Assembly (NCBI GenBank): GCA_963704305.1 | Contig: OY969888.1 | Span: forward strand, 859,168 to 923,167 | Direction: 5' to 3' | DNA: 64,000 bases | DNA from: an uncultured Bacteroidota bacterium | GTDB taxonomy: Bacteria > Bacteroidota > Ignavibacteria > Kryptoniales > JAKASW01 | Part shown: positions 55,119 to 64,000 of the stretch, in pieces | How positions within the stretch are numbered: the first letter of the stretch is position 1 | Layout of the letters: each line of letters starts with the position of its first letter | Made by a program: the position numbers and the translations under genes | Notes under the pieces: generated by a model | Told to the model about the DNA's origin: nothing | What the model saw: only the letters and a program-made list of their open reading frames with translations | Database searches by the model: none

Positions 55119-55661
55119 TCATTTCTTTTTGGGAGGATTTCTAAAAACGTTATCAGGAACAGACCATGCGTCTGGAAATCCGTGGCTCGCAATATAGTTT
55201 GCTGCCTGGCTCGCTTCATACTTTGTCCGAAAATCACCGGCGCGCACTTTGTAGTAGGGCGAATCGTAAATGATGTAGACACTGTAGCTAGTCAGGAGCG
55301 TGTCCGCCTCGTTCCTCGCATCGATTGCATCATCGAGAATAGGAGTCGACGTCAACTGCACGCGAAAACCGGGAATGGTATTGAAGTTCGCCTCATTCGT
55401 GATTATGTCAAGAGTATCCTTTCGCATGGACAAAGTGTCTTCCTTGATAGCAGTCGTGTCCCGATGATTGAGCACGGTGTCCGAAGGTATCCGGAGCGAA
55501 TCATTGGCAATCTGTTCACGAGTGCTATCGGAATTCGACTTCATAGGGGAACCGGGCAATTGTCCCAATGCGACGCTCGACAAAAGAGAGGCCGCCGCTG
55601 AGATCAGAAGAATCGCAGTCCCGGACCAGGACATTGAACGGATTATCGGAACTATTGTCAT
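55119..55661 (-). CDS. SPOR domain protein
   Basis: The C-terminal 'FRVQLTSTPILDDAIDARNEA..YKVRAGDFRTKYEASQAANYIASHGFPDAW' is a typical SPOR repeat. An N-terminal signal/anchor is present. Confidence 0.8.
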   Translation of the reverse strand: MTIVPIIRSMSWSGTAILLISAAASLLSSVALGQLPGSPMKSNSDSTREQIANDSLRIPSDTVLNHRDTTAIKEDTLSMRKDTLDIITNEANFNTIPGFRVQLTSTPILDDAIDARNEADTLLTSYSVYIIYDSPYYKVRAGDFRTKYEASQAANYIASHGFPDAWSVPDNVFRNPPKKK

Positions 55662-55781
55662 AGGCTGTTTTCGGTCGGAGTTGCCGATAAAAATTTACGG
55701 GCGGGAGACCTACCAAACAAGCGTATATTGATTAACAGCCGGAGGGCAAGAGGTGTTATTGAGACGCAAAATTTTGCGTCT

Positions 55782-55828
55782 CAAAAAAAAGAAGGCGGAC
55801 ATCCCGACCTTTGTCGGGATCTGCCCGC
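55782..55828 (-). terminator. Rho-independent terminator after the 802-aa T9SS gene
   Basis: The minus strand reads GGCGGGCAGATCCCGAC AAAG GTCGGGATGTCCGCC followed by TTCTTTTTTTT, about 40 nt after the stop at 55866. Confidence 0.75.
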
Positions 55829-55865
55829 CCTCATGTAGAAGGGTCGATAGGGACGACTTTCGCTT

Positions 55866-58226
55866 CTACTTCAACAAGAGCATCTTCTTCACTGCCGTAA
55901 AATCATGAGTTGACAGTTTGTAGAAGTAGACACCCGTCGGCAGAATCTCGCCGTGACCATTCCGGGCATCCCACGTTATTACATGAGCACCGGCACTCAT
56001 ATCGCCGTCAAGAAGACTGACTACCTCTTGTCCGAGGATATTGTATACGGTAATCGTGACGTGCTCAGGCTGCGGAATGCTAAACGCAATCTGCGTTGTC
56101 GGGTTGAATGGGTTCGGATAATTCTGCTCGAGAGAAAATGATGTTGGTTGAATCGGCTTTCCATTCACAGCGTCCGGAGTTTCCGGAGTGACGGTCAGAT
56201 TGTTATTGCTGGAAGGCACGGCGTTTCCGCTGGCATCGTATGCTGGTCTCGATGTGGATGAGCCGGATGAGCTATATCCGACCGCGTCCGCATAAACGCT
56301 GTACATACCGGGAGCCATGCCGGAGATCGTGTAACTGCCGTCGGCTTCGGTAAAGCCGTAGCCGACAATGTTACCATTCGCATCGGCTGCGTAGACTATC
56401 GCTCCGCTCACACCAGACTTGCTGGTCGAAGAAGTCACCGAGCCGGCGATTGAAACGTAACCGGATGCGGAATCAGGCAACGGCATTACATAGATGGTCA
56501 CACCACTCGTTGAGTTGCCGTTCACCGGGATGGCGGTTGCATCTTTCCATCTGACAGTCGGGCCGCTCAAGCTATAGAATGATGGGGCATAGTCGCCGAG
56601 AGGAACCGCAAGTATCTTGTAATATCCCTGCGGCAGATTATCGAATGTGTAGGCTCCCATGCTGTCAGCGTCCGCGAAATACGTACCGATTACATGCATC
56701 TTCAGAGTGTCGCGATAATCCCAGACATCTCTGAACGCGATCAGTCTCGCTGCGACGGCGGCGCCGCTCGTCGAGTCGAGCACCGAGCCGCTGATCTGTC
56801 CGAGCACAATTTGTGGAATCGGAGTCAGCTGGAAGTTTACGCTGGCTGTGTCGCTCACGAGAACGAGGATTGCGGCAGACAGCACGCTGTGTTCGCCATT
56901 AAAGAAAGTCCTGTAATATCCGTTAGCTTCGGCGAAGACGACATACTGTCCTTCCGGAAGCGTGTCCGTATATGCGCCATTGCTGTCGACGTAAGTTTTG
57001 AAGACATATGGAGAATGATCATCATCCAACCTAAAGTCATGGTCCGCTTTTGCATCGAGGTTGATGTCGTGGAAGAAGTCGCGGAAATTCTCGTCACCTG
57101 ACCATTCGTTTTGGTCTTCGACGCTCTCGTTCAACACAAACCCTGCGCGTGCAAACACGACCCACGCTCCTCTGACAGGAGTCCCTGCCGTATCTTCCAC
57201 CACGCCGGAGACAGTGAACTTAGGCAATTGATGGAAACGATTCTGCAACATGAAGTCAGCAATCTGGGTCGAAGTATCCATGACCTCGATAGGTGTGGCA
57301 TCCTGAATGTCCGAAACATTTTTGTACCACTCAGGCAGATAGTTCGGGTTCAATGGATTCGCGTGGACCAAATATCTTCCTTCGTCCACGTGAGATGTTG
57401 AGTAGTGGCCGGTCGAGTCAGTTTCCGCTTGATAGTCAAACGGTGGTCCGACAGCGATGGGGGTCATGACGGGTAAAATACTTTGATACAATCTGACGAC
57501 AACATGGGGGATCGGATTTCCCAAAGTGTCCGTGACTATTCCGGCGATCTTGCCGTCGATTCCTGCTACCCTCACCGTATACTCCTGCTGGGCTTCTCCA
57601 CCTTTGCTCGAGGTGACCATGATTTGAACCTCTTTCCAACCCCTTTCCTGAGGTATCCAGTTAATCAGCCCGGTCGAGTCTATGGCCATCGGTTCGGGAT
57701 GTTCACCAAGGCGGTATTTGAGAGCCGCGGTGGAATCCGAGGATACTGCTTTGACCTGATATGTGTACAGCGAACCGACCGTCGCATTCAACGGCGGCGT
57801 TGATACGATCGTTACTTTGTCTCTGTGGTATCCTGTGGAATTGCCGAATACATCTACCGTATTGCTTAGACGGACCTGTCCCTTCGCATCAAACGCTTTT
57901 ACCATGTAGACAAACACGGTGTCGGCCGACGGGGCCGTCATGTCCTGATATTCTGTCGCGCTCGTAGAATCTATCAGACTGTAACCAAGATTTATGGGCA
58001 CGGGCACACCGGTCGTCCACATTCGCAGTCCCAATTCCGCGCGGTAGACCAAGTAATATGACACGTCGAAATTCTTAGGCTGCTCCCATGATAAATCAAC
58101 GCTGCCCGCATTCAAGACAGCTTTCAGATTGAAGCCCCCATTCATCATCTGAGACCTTGCGTTCGAGAACATAAGCAAGGTCCCGATGATCGCGAGAAGA
58201 GAAAGAGTGTGTGCCTTTCTAAGCAT
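55866..58226 (-). CDS. T9SS-sorted surface protein with multiple carboxypeptidase-regulatory-like (CarboxypepD_reg) repeats
   Basis: Repeats include 'GKIAGIVTDTLGNPIPHVVVRLY', 'VSGVVEDTAGTPVRGAWVVF' and 'IAGSVTSSTSKSGVSGAIVYA'. The CTD is 'NYPNPFNPTTQIAF..KKMLLLK'. The start is moved to ATG 58226 ('MLRKAHTLSLLAIIGTLLMF', GGAGG 5 nt upstream). The ORF-track GTG at 58274 lies inside the promoter-like element. Confidence 0.85.
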   Translation of the reverse strand: MLRKAHTLSLLAIIGTLLMFSNARSQMMNGGFNLKAVLNAGSVDLSWEQPKNFDVSYYLVYRAELGLRMWTTGVPVPINLGYSLIDSTSATEYQDMTAPSADTVFVYMVKAFDAKGQVRLSNTVDVFGNSTGYHRDKVTIVSTPPLNATVGSLYTYQVKAVSSDSTAALKYRLGEHPEPMAIDSTGLINWIPQERGWKEVQIMVTSSKGGEAQQEYTVRVAGIDGKIAGIVTDTLGNPIPHVVVRLYQSILPVMTPIAVGPPFDYQAETDSTGHYSTSHVDEGRYLVHANPLNPNYLPEWYKNVSDIQDATPIEVMDTSTQIADFMLQNRFHQLPKFTVSGVVEDTAGTPVRGAWVVFARAGFVLNESVEDQNEWSGDENFRDFFHDINLDAKADHDFRLDDDHSPYVFKTYVDSNGAYTDTLPEGQYVVFAEANGYYRTFFNGEHSVLSAAILVLVSDTASVNFQLTPIPQIVLGQISGSVLDSTSGAAVAARLIAFRDVWDYRDTLKMHVIGTYFADADSMGAYTFDNLPQGYYKILAVPLGDYAPSFYSLSGPTVRWKDATAIPVNGNSTSGVTIYVMPLPDSASGYVSIAGSVTSSTSKSGVSGAIVYAADANGNIVGYGFTEADGSYTISGMAPGMYSVYADAVGYSSSGSSTSRPAYDASGNAVPSSNNNLTVTPETPDAVNGKPIQPTSFSLEQNYPNPFNPTTQIAFSIPQPEHVTITVYNILGQEVVSLLDGDMSAGAHVITWDARNGHGEILPTGVYFYKLSTHDFTAVKKMLLLK

Positions 58227-58266
58227 TTCATCCTCCATGTTTTTTAGTAACAGGTGGTTCAACGAA

Positions 58267-58282
58267 CGTGCCACGGAATATC
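58267..58282 (-). promoter_or_regulatory. Candidate sigma-54 (-24/-12) promoter
   Basis: The minus strand reads TGGCAC GTTCG TTGAA, against the consensus TGGCAC-N5-TTGCW. The only mismatch is C to A at -12. It lies about 40 nt upstream of the SD/ATG at 58226. Confidence 0.45.
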
Positions 58283-58385
58283 ATTCAAATCAAATCTGGA
58301 AATGCGTAAGAAACATTCCGCGGTCACCCATGCCGCAGGCGTTGCACACCTCCATGCAGTTCTTGCAGGTAAAAAGAAAGAGAGC

Positions 58386-59186
58386 TCAGAAAGTAATTTG
58401 AAGATGGACGCTTTCGGTAAGTGTCCGGGGCGAGTAATCAAATCTGAAATAGGGAGGGAGATTCAGAAACGCATCCAACCCTGAGTAGATATAAATGAGT
58501 ATGAATGCGGATCCCGAATAGAACTCACTCTTGTAATAAAGATTATATGTACTATATCGACTTTCAGCCAGTTCGGGTGTCGAAGCATCTAGATATTTTG
58601 TGCGCGCGTCACGTCGCAAAAAATCGAGTGCAATTGTAGAGAGAGCCGCGATTCCCCCGGCACCCAAGAGGACATAGCCTTTCACTCTCTTACCTTCATA
58701 GATCTGCTCCCAGCCCGGGAACAGGAGCGCCCTATAAGTGGGACCTGCCGCCGCTTGGTTTGGGAAACCGCGTCTTGACAATAACTCTTGCGCCGCAGCC
58801 GCTTGCTTCTTGCGCACTTCCGAATTGAACTCCGCCCTTGCCGCTTCGAACACGCTCAGAATCTTCGGAGATGTCAACACCTGGTCGAGCGTGAAAGTCG
58901 AGTCAATCTCGAGAGCATCTACAAAATGATCGATTGCAGATTCCTTTTTTTCCTGGGCAACGAGCGAGAAAGCCACGTACTTTTCAAACTGCACCCTCGC
59001 AGAGTCGGGAAGACTCCTGTCTTCGAGCATCCTGCGCGATTGCAGCTCAGCCGAGATATAAGAGCCGCTGTCGAAAAGAGATTCTGTGGCTGAAAGGAGT
59101 GAGTCGATCTGGCCTCGGCTTTGTGGAAAGGCTGCCGTCGAAAATAGTAGGGATGAGAATAGAAGACGGATGGCCGTCCTTGTCAT
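58386..59186 (-). CDS. Hypothetical membrane protein (TPR-like N-terminal part, C-terminal TM segments)
   Basis: 266-aa ORF with a signal-like N-terminus and C-terminal hydrophobic segments 'GYVLLGAGGIAALSTIAL' and 'SGSAFILIYIYSGLDAF'. ATGA overlap with the upstream Kelch gene. Confidence 0.6.
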   Translation of the reverse strand: MTRTAIRLLFSSLLFSTAAFPQSRGQIDSLLSATESLFDSGSYISAELQSRRMLEDRSLPDSARVQFEKYVAFSLVAQEKKESAIDHFVDALEIDSTFTLDQVLTSPKILSVFEAARAEFNSEVRKKQAAAAQELLSRRGFPNQAAAGPTYRALLFPGWEQIYEGKRVKGYVLLGAGGIAALSTIALDFLRRDARTKYLDASTPELAESRYSTYNLYYKSEFYSGSAFILIYIYSGLDAFLNLPPYFRFDYSPRTLTESVHLQITF

Positions 59187-60544
59187 TTAATCAAAACCAT
59201 CTTCCTGTAAATACTTCCAGTTTCCGTCTCCAGCCTGTAAATATAAGGGCCGCTCGGCAAATTCGTGCCGTCGAAGCTAACCGAATAGTCCCCCGGATTT
59301 TCTCTCCGGTCTACCAAGGTTTTCACTTCTCGACCAAGCATATCATAGATCTTTAGTGTGACGAAGCTATTCACTGCTAACTGATAACCGATTACCGTGG
59401 TCGGATTGAACGGATTTGGGTAGTTCTGAGATAGATTGAAGGTCTTCGGATTAGCATCCGGCTGATCCACGACAGAGGTTAGGCCGGTTACGACAGATGA
59501 AATCGTATCGACGGTGGGGGTCGGCACTCGACCGCTCTTGTAACCAGGAGAGAGACCACCGAAAAGATAAATCGTTCCCTTGGCATCTTGATCTGCAACA
59601 AAGCCCGCTCTAACCTGCGTCCTGGTCAGCATTGCCCTGGTTTCATGTTCGCCCTCATCTCCAAACACGCCGAAGTTAAGCAAATCAATGTCCTGATAGA
59701 AGTAATCCTGCAAGTTCTCACCTGATCCATATCCCGAGATTGCATACACCGAGTCATTCCTATCGACAACTCCAAAATATGTTCGCGGATGTCCCCAAGA
59801 CAATCTCATCTCATCACTTCCGGTCGCGGGAGTATATCTTTCAATAATCCCAAAAGGACCAAGACTCGTTCCCAGAGGACCCAGGCCTCCTATCCCTCCG
59901 AAAAGATAGATTGAACGTCCGACTTTGACAGCATAATGGAAAGCACGCCCAAAGATCGTAGAGTCGAACGCAATCCAAATGGGTTTGGAGGGCGAGTAAG
60001 CTTCGACCAAGGTGAGGAGAACACCCGTCCTGCTACCTCCTCCAAAGACCAAGATTGTGTCGCCGTAGACTACTGCTGCCGCTCCTTCTCTCTCTTTCAA
60101 CATACTCGGCGCATAATGCCATTCGTTCTTCGACTCGTCATAAACCTCGACGCTGTTCAGAATCCTGCCGTGATTATCGACTCCCCCCATTACATAAATC
60201 GAATCATCAAGGCTTACTGCGGTTGCAAATGCCCTTGGCGTATTGAGAGGCGCGACTTTCTCATCCCAGGCCATACTACTGAAATCAAAGGCGTCGACGA
60301 TTGACGAGCCTTGAAGTGATTGGAGCGATTGAACACCCTGCATATTCTGCAGCTGAGAAGGTGAACCACCGATAAGGAATAGCTTACTTCCAAGTCGTGC
60401 CGAGCACATCCCCACCCGCGGATTAGGCATGTCCGGAGGAGTTGTACTCTGCGAGAAAGCCGAGCCTTGCATTATCAGCGCACTTCCGGCAAGAGCCGTA
60501 ATTAATAATTTCTGAAATGTTAATCTGTGCCAAGCCATCATCAT
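59183..60544 (-). CDS. Kelch-repeat beta-propeller protein with T9SS sorting domain
   Basis: Repeated '..IYVMGGVDNHGRILNSVEVYD..NEW' and 'ILVFGGG', 'IYLFGG' Kelch motifs. CTD 'NYPNPFNPTTVIGY..YRKMVLIK'. Confidence 0.85.
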   Translation of the reverse strand: MMMAWHRLTFQKLLITALAGSALIMQGSAFSQSTTPPDMPNPRVGMCSARLGSKLFLIGGSPSQLQNMQGVQSLQSLQGSSIVDAFDFSSMAWDEKVAPLNTPRAFATAVSLDDSIYVMGGVDNHGRILNSVEVYDESKNEWHYAPSMLKEREGAAAVVYGDTILVFGGGSRTGVLLTLVEAYSPSKPIWIAFDSTIFGRAFHYAVKVGRSIYLFGGIGGLGPLGTSLGPFGIIERYTPATGSDEMRLSWGHPRTYFGVVDRNDSVYAISGYGSGENLQDYFYQDIDLLNFGVFGDEGEHETRAMLTRTQVRAGFVADQDAKGTIYLFGGLSPGYKSGRVPTPTVDTISSVVTGLTSVVDQPDANPKTFNLSQNYPNPFNPTTVIGYQLAVNSFVTLKIYDMLGREVKTLVDRRENPGDYSVSFDGTNLPSGPYIYRLETETGSIYRKMVLIK

Positions 60545-60574
60545 TCGCCTAAGTAATGTGCAATGTGCGTGCCG

Positions 60575-62212
60575 TCACTTCTTCTCGTCTCTCAAGAAAC
60601 TGAAATTCAGCCTCAGTGTGTCACCGGGCTTTACCTTCACACTTTGCTCAATATCATGAAAACCCTTGTTGTGTAATCTCACCTTTCTAATGCCGGGAGA
60701 AACTTCTATCGGCTTTGTCAGCGGGGTTGTGTCTCTCAAATTCTCGTCGACATACACTTCGGCCCAGGGATCGACGGTGACAAAGATGTAGCCGGCATTC
60801 TTAAGGAAGTCAGCTTCAACTGTGGAAAGGAGGCGTGGCTGAACATTGATCTCCTTTCTGATCGGCTCGAAAAAAGTATTAGCAAATAGCACTGTGTGTT
60901 TCCCCGGAGGGATTTTTATTGCGCCTGCAATCGGCGTCCTTCCGACAAAATCGCTGTCAACATATACATCTGCCCAAGGCTTGCACACAACAGAAACATA
61001 GCCAGGGTCGTTGTCCGCAGGTGACGTAACATCTCTCATTCTCCGGCTTTGCTCGGCCACACCCGGTTGATTCCTTGAATTGGTCTCCTGGAAAGTTGCC
61101 GGCGAGTGAGCGCCTTGCTGAGTAGCTACAGCCTTTTTATCTGCAAGAGCTATCTGTCCGTGCGCGGGTTTGCTTGGGGGTGAATCCTCTTTCATCTGCT
61201 CTGATAGGTGATGATCCTGCCTCATCGAAGTCAATCGAGACGAGGTGTCGGGAACCGTACCTTTCGCTGGAGGCATGCCGTCGCGACTGAACTTCCCGAG
61301 AGCAAATACTAGGGCGACGACAAGCACAGAAACGATTCCAATTCCGCCGACAAAGACTGTGCTTCGTTTTTTGCCCGCAACATTTCTTTCAGCTGGTGCG
61401 TCTCCCTTTTCCTCTTCGAGAAACGAAGAGATAAATTTTAATGCCTCGTCTGCGGATGAAAACCTTGCGTTCCTATCAGGAGCGAGGAGTCGTCTCAGGA
61501 AATTCAATATCTGCGGCGAACATTTTTCAGCGAACCCTTCAAGCGACTCGAGCTGAAAATTCTGGATCTTGTTTATGCATTCGGCATACGACGCGCCAAG
61601 AAGTATGCGCTCGCCCGTGAGGACTTCAATCAGCGTGACACCTAAAGAGAACAAGTCCGCTCTTCCGTCGACAGCGTCGCCTCTCGCCTGCTCGGGCGAC
61701 ATGTAAGCAGGCGTGCCGACCAGACTCCCTTCCATGGTAAGAGATGGGGCATCGGAGACAGCCGCCAGACCGAAGTCCGTCACCTTGAAAGTTCCGTCTT
61801 CAGAGACGAGTATGTTAGCGGGTTTTATGTCGCGATGTATGACGCCTCTTTCGTGTGCATAGGAAAGAGCGTTAAGAACGGAATCCGCCACTTTGACTGC
61901 CAGCTCTTCAGAATGCATTCCGTCAAGAAGCTTCTCTTCCAATGACTTGCCTTCGACGTATTCCATCACGATGGCGGGAGCACCATCCACTTCCGTGAGG
62001 TCATAAACCTGGACGATATTCACCGACCTAAGAATGGCACATGCCCTCGCTTCGCGCGTGAATCTCGCTACAAGATTCTTGTCTCTGAGAAGATGTTTGT
62101 GGAGGACTTTCAGTAGCACAACCCTATCGAGTACATTCTGGTGTGCCTTATAAACAGCGGTGGTGGCACTTTCGCTTAACTTTTCGAGGATGGCGAAGCT
62201 ATCTTGATTCAC
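60575..62212 (-). CDS. Ser/Thr protein kinase with TM segment and two C-terminal PEGA-like domains
   Basis: Hanks motifs 'HRDIKPANILV', 'DFGLA' and 'GTPAYMSPEQ'. A TM segment 'VFVGGIGIVSVLVVALVFAL' follows. PEGA-like segments are 'GYVSVVCKPWADVYVDSDFVGRTP' and 'GYIFVTVDPWAEVYVDENLRDTTP'. Confidence 0.9.
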   Translation of the reverse strand: MNQDSFAILEKLSESATTAVYKAHQNVLDRVVLLKVLHKHLLRDKNLVARFTREARACAILRSVNIVQVYDLTEVDGAPAIVMEYVEGKSLEEKLLDGMHSEELAVKVADSVLNALSYAHERGVIHRDIKPANILVSEDGTFKVTDFGLAAVSDAPSLTMEGSLVGTPAYMSPEQARGDAVDGRADLFSLGVTLIEVLTGERILLGASYAECINKIQNFQLESLEGFAEKCSPQILNFLRRLLAPDRNARFSSADEALKFISSFLEEEKGDAPAERNVAGKKRSTVFVGGIGIVSVLVVALVFALGKFSRDGMPPAKGTVPDTSSRLTSMRQDHHLSEQMKEDSPPSKPAHGQIALADKKAVATQQGAHSPATFQETNSRNQPGVAEQSRRMRDVTSPADNDPGYVSVVCKPWADVYVDSDFVGRTPIAGAIKIPPGKHTVLFANTFFEPIRKEINVQPRLLSTVEADFLKNAGYIFVTVDPWAEVYVDENLRDTTPLTKPIEVSPGIRKVRLHNKGFHDIEQSVKVKPGDTLRLNFSFLRDEKK

Positions 62213-63707
62213 CGCTCCATTCCTTTATTCTGTATTGAAGCCAGCGAAGCGACACTCCAAGTTTCTCGGCGGTACGCGTTCGATTCCCTCCCGTCTCGGC
62301 CAGCGTCTTCTCGACCAGTCTGCGCTCAAACTCCTCAAGCGTCACGCCGCTCTGAAGCAGCTCCTCTTCGGAATAATGCTGTAACATCAAATCCTCGTCC
62401 TTCAGCTCTTCGTCTCTCGAGAGGACGACTGCACGCTCAATAGCATTTTGAAGCTCGCGGACATTTCCAGGCCACGGATGCTTGAGAAGTCGTGACATCG
62501 TGCCCGGATCAACTCTCTTGACACTCCTACCGTGACTCTCGCAAGCCTTCTTCATGAAATGATCAACAAGTATCGGTATGTCATCATTGCGGTCCCGCAG
62601 CGGCGGCAGATGGACCTCAACGATATTTAATCTGAAATACAAATCCTCCCGAAAATTCCCCTTTTTAATCTCATCCCGCAGATCTTTGTTAGTTGCCGCG
62701 ATGATTCTTAGGTTGACCTTTCTGCTCTCCACCTCGCCGAGGCGCCTGATTTCTTTTTCCTGGAGGACACGGAGCAGCTTCGACTGCAATGATGCAGGTA
62801 AGTCACCCACCTCATCGAGAAACATCGTACCTCCTTCGGCATATTCCACGAGACCTTTCTTGTCGGCATTGGCACCCGTGAATGCACCTTTCTTGTAGCC
62901 GAACAATTCGCTCTCCAGCAGCTGTTCGGGAATCGCCGAACAGTTTATGGCCACGAAAGGCTTTTCGCTCCGCGCTCCTCGCGTGTGAATCGCTCGTGCA
63001 ACCAGCTCTTTGCCGGTGCCGCTCTCGCCAGTGACCAAGACGGATATATCCGTGTCGACAACTCGCTGGGCCAGATCCAGCGCAGCTTTCCAAACTTTGC
63101 TCTTACCGATTATTCCTGGAAAAAGATTCGCACTGACAATTTCGCTCTTCAGACGAACGTTTTCTGTTTTCAGATTATCGTACCGTTGAGCGTTTTCAAC
63201 GGCAACCGCAGCAAGAGTTCCGAATACAGAAAGAAACTTCATCGTTTCGTTGTTGAACTTGCCGCGTGACTTAGTGCTGTCAAGATAAATTGCTCCCGTG
63301 GTTCTGTCATGCTCATGGGACCCTTCGGGCAAACGAAGCGGAACACAGATTACCGAGAGTATCTGCTGTGCCACGATGCTCCTCGCGGCCTCGAACCTTT
63401 CATCGCTCATCGCATCGAACGTCAGTACCGGTTCCCCGGTTGTCAGGACTTTGTTGATCACGGACGAAGATGCAGCCGAGTCTCTGACGTCTTTCTCGCT
63501 GCTGAAGTTTTTGGAGATCATGACGTTGTACCCGCGTTCCGCGCTCCCGTCCACCATCACGATAAATCCCCGCTCCGCATCGAGGTGTTCCATCGCAGTC
63601 TCAAGCACCTTTTCAAGCAGCTCCTGCCTGTCGAGGATTGAGTTTATTTTCTGCGCGATCTCGTACAGAACGGTGAAATTGTCCTTTGTCGGTTCGACCT
63701 TGCTCAT
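62199..63707 (-). CDS. Sigma-54-dependent transcriptional activator (GAF - AAA+ - Fis-type HTH)
   Basis: 'GESGTGKE' Walker A, 'GAFTGA' sigma-54 contact loop, and the C-terminal HTH '[22 protein letters not shown]'. The N-terminal region of about 170 aa is GAF-like. Confidence 0.9.
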   Translation of the reverse strand: MSKVEPTKDNFTVLYEIAQKINSILDRQELLEKVLETAMEHLDAERGFIVMVDGSAERGYNVMISKNFSSEKDVRDSAASSSVINKVLTTGEPVLTFDAMSDERFEAARSIVAQQILSVICVPLRLPEGSHEHDRTTGAIYLDSTKSRGKFNNETMKFLSVFGTLAAVAVENAQRYDNLKTENVRLKSEIVSANLFPGIIGKSKVWKAALDLAQRVVDTDISVLVTGESGTGKELVARAIHTRGARSEKPFVAINCSAIPEQLLESELFGYKKGAFTGANADKKGLVEYAEGGTMFLDEVGDLPASLQSKLLRVLQEKEIRRLGEVESRKVNLRIIAATNKDLRDEIKKGNFREDLYFRLNIVEVHLPPLRDRNDDIPILVDHFMKKACESHGRSVKRVDPGTMSRLLKHPWPGNVRELQNAIERAVVLSRDEELKDEDLMLQHYSEEELLQSGVTLEEFERRLVEKTLAETGGNRTRTAEKLGVSLRWLQYRIKEWSGESR

Positions 63708-64000
63708 TTTCCCTCCCGCACCACGAAAGATGCTTCTGTGGAGCGCGAGCTGTTTCCAAATCCGTCAATGATCGCTGCGGTCCAGTAATACGTTCCGTTA
63801 GGCAGAGAGTCAGGATAACTGAGGGAAACATAATCGGAACTCAGACTAATCGGGGACCCTACGAGTGCCGGGGATGCTCCCCCAATGTTGAAGACCTGTA
63901 TCTGGTACGTGTAATCGAAAGATACCTTCGGGGGATCCCAATTGAGTACGGGATATGAAGTTGTTGTGTCGAGCCCAGTCGGCGATGTCGGAACAGGCTC
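63704..64000 (-). CDS. Hypothetical beta-rich (Fn3/Ig-like) protein, 3' end only; 5' part off the right edge
   Basis: My own translation gives '..[57 protein letters not shown]'. Its stop overlaps the activator ATG (ATGA). Confidence 0.65.
   Translation of the reverse strand, partial: EPVPTSPTGLDTTTSYPVLNWDPPKVSFDYTYQIQVFNIGGASPALVGSPISLSSDYVSLSYPDSLPNGTYYWTAAIIDGFGNSSRSTEASFVVREGK

Noticed and set aside
55760-55781. Perfect palindrome GAGACGCAAAATTTTGCGTCTC as an additional terminator
   Set aside because: On the minus strand the T-tract lies 5' of it and belongs to the adjacent stronger hairpin. On the plus strand it is followed by an A-run. It does not fit a canonical terminator on either strand.
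5640-59435. Dispersed about 30-bp DNA repeat GGTCGGGTTGAACGGATTCGGATAATTCTG (about 5645, 39270, 40780, 56095, 59395) as a mobile or regulatory element
   Set aside because: It is the coding sequence of the conserved 'QNYPNPFNPTT' start of the T9SS sorting domain in five genes. It is explained by protein conservation.

Overview
The window is almost entirely minus-strand coding. It looks like a chromosomal cell-surface region from an Ignavibacteria-like member of the FCB group. Five proteins end in the T9SS type-A sorting domain ('..NYPNPFNPTT..KKMLLLK'), and genes carry GGAGG-type Shine-Dalgarno sites. Positions 1-33 kb hold a large glycan-biosynthesis locus: an initiating polyprenyl-phosphate sugar phosphotransferase, eight GT2/GT4/GT9/GT11 transferases (one frameshifted), four SDR epimerase/dehydratases, a Gfo/Idh/MocA oxidoreductase, a nucleotide-sugar dehydrogenase, a Wzy-like polymerase, a Wzm/Wzt ABC exporter, a methyltransferase, a deacetylase-like protein, a CapK-like adenylating enzyme and a DUF362 protein. 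In 33-39 kb, a UpxY-like (NusG paralog) antiterminator and ugd are separated from the biosynthetic genes by small selfish-looking cassettes: a nucleotidyltransferase-fold two-gene module, a retropepsin-like protease and a four-helix-bundle '23S rRNA IVS' family protein. Each cassette is bracketed by heptanucleotide-periodic repeat tracts, and a 660-bp 78/65-bp tandem array lies alongside. This is the most unusual part of the window. Positions 39-44.7 kb encode two adjacent T9SS proteins carrying cohesin-like and dockerin-like modules. Positions 44.7-46.6 kb are ORF-poor. The rest holds a Wzc-type tyrosine autokinase, tRNA-Lys with a decayed tandem copy, an ECF sigma remnant with an intact anti-sigma gene, a TonB-dependent receptor, a phospholipase-B-like Ntn hydrolase, a SPOR protein, more T9SS proteins, a PEGA-domain Ser/Thr kinase and a GAF/sigma-54 activator. 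A good sigma-54 promoter candidate lies nearby. Several genes carry single lesions (an in-frame TGA, a 1-nt homopolymer frameshift, a split signal-peptide/CTD pair); these may be real decay or assembly error. I saw no CRISPR array, rRNA, intact transposase or prophage. All calls come from reading the sequence and the ORF track by eye; no searches were run.
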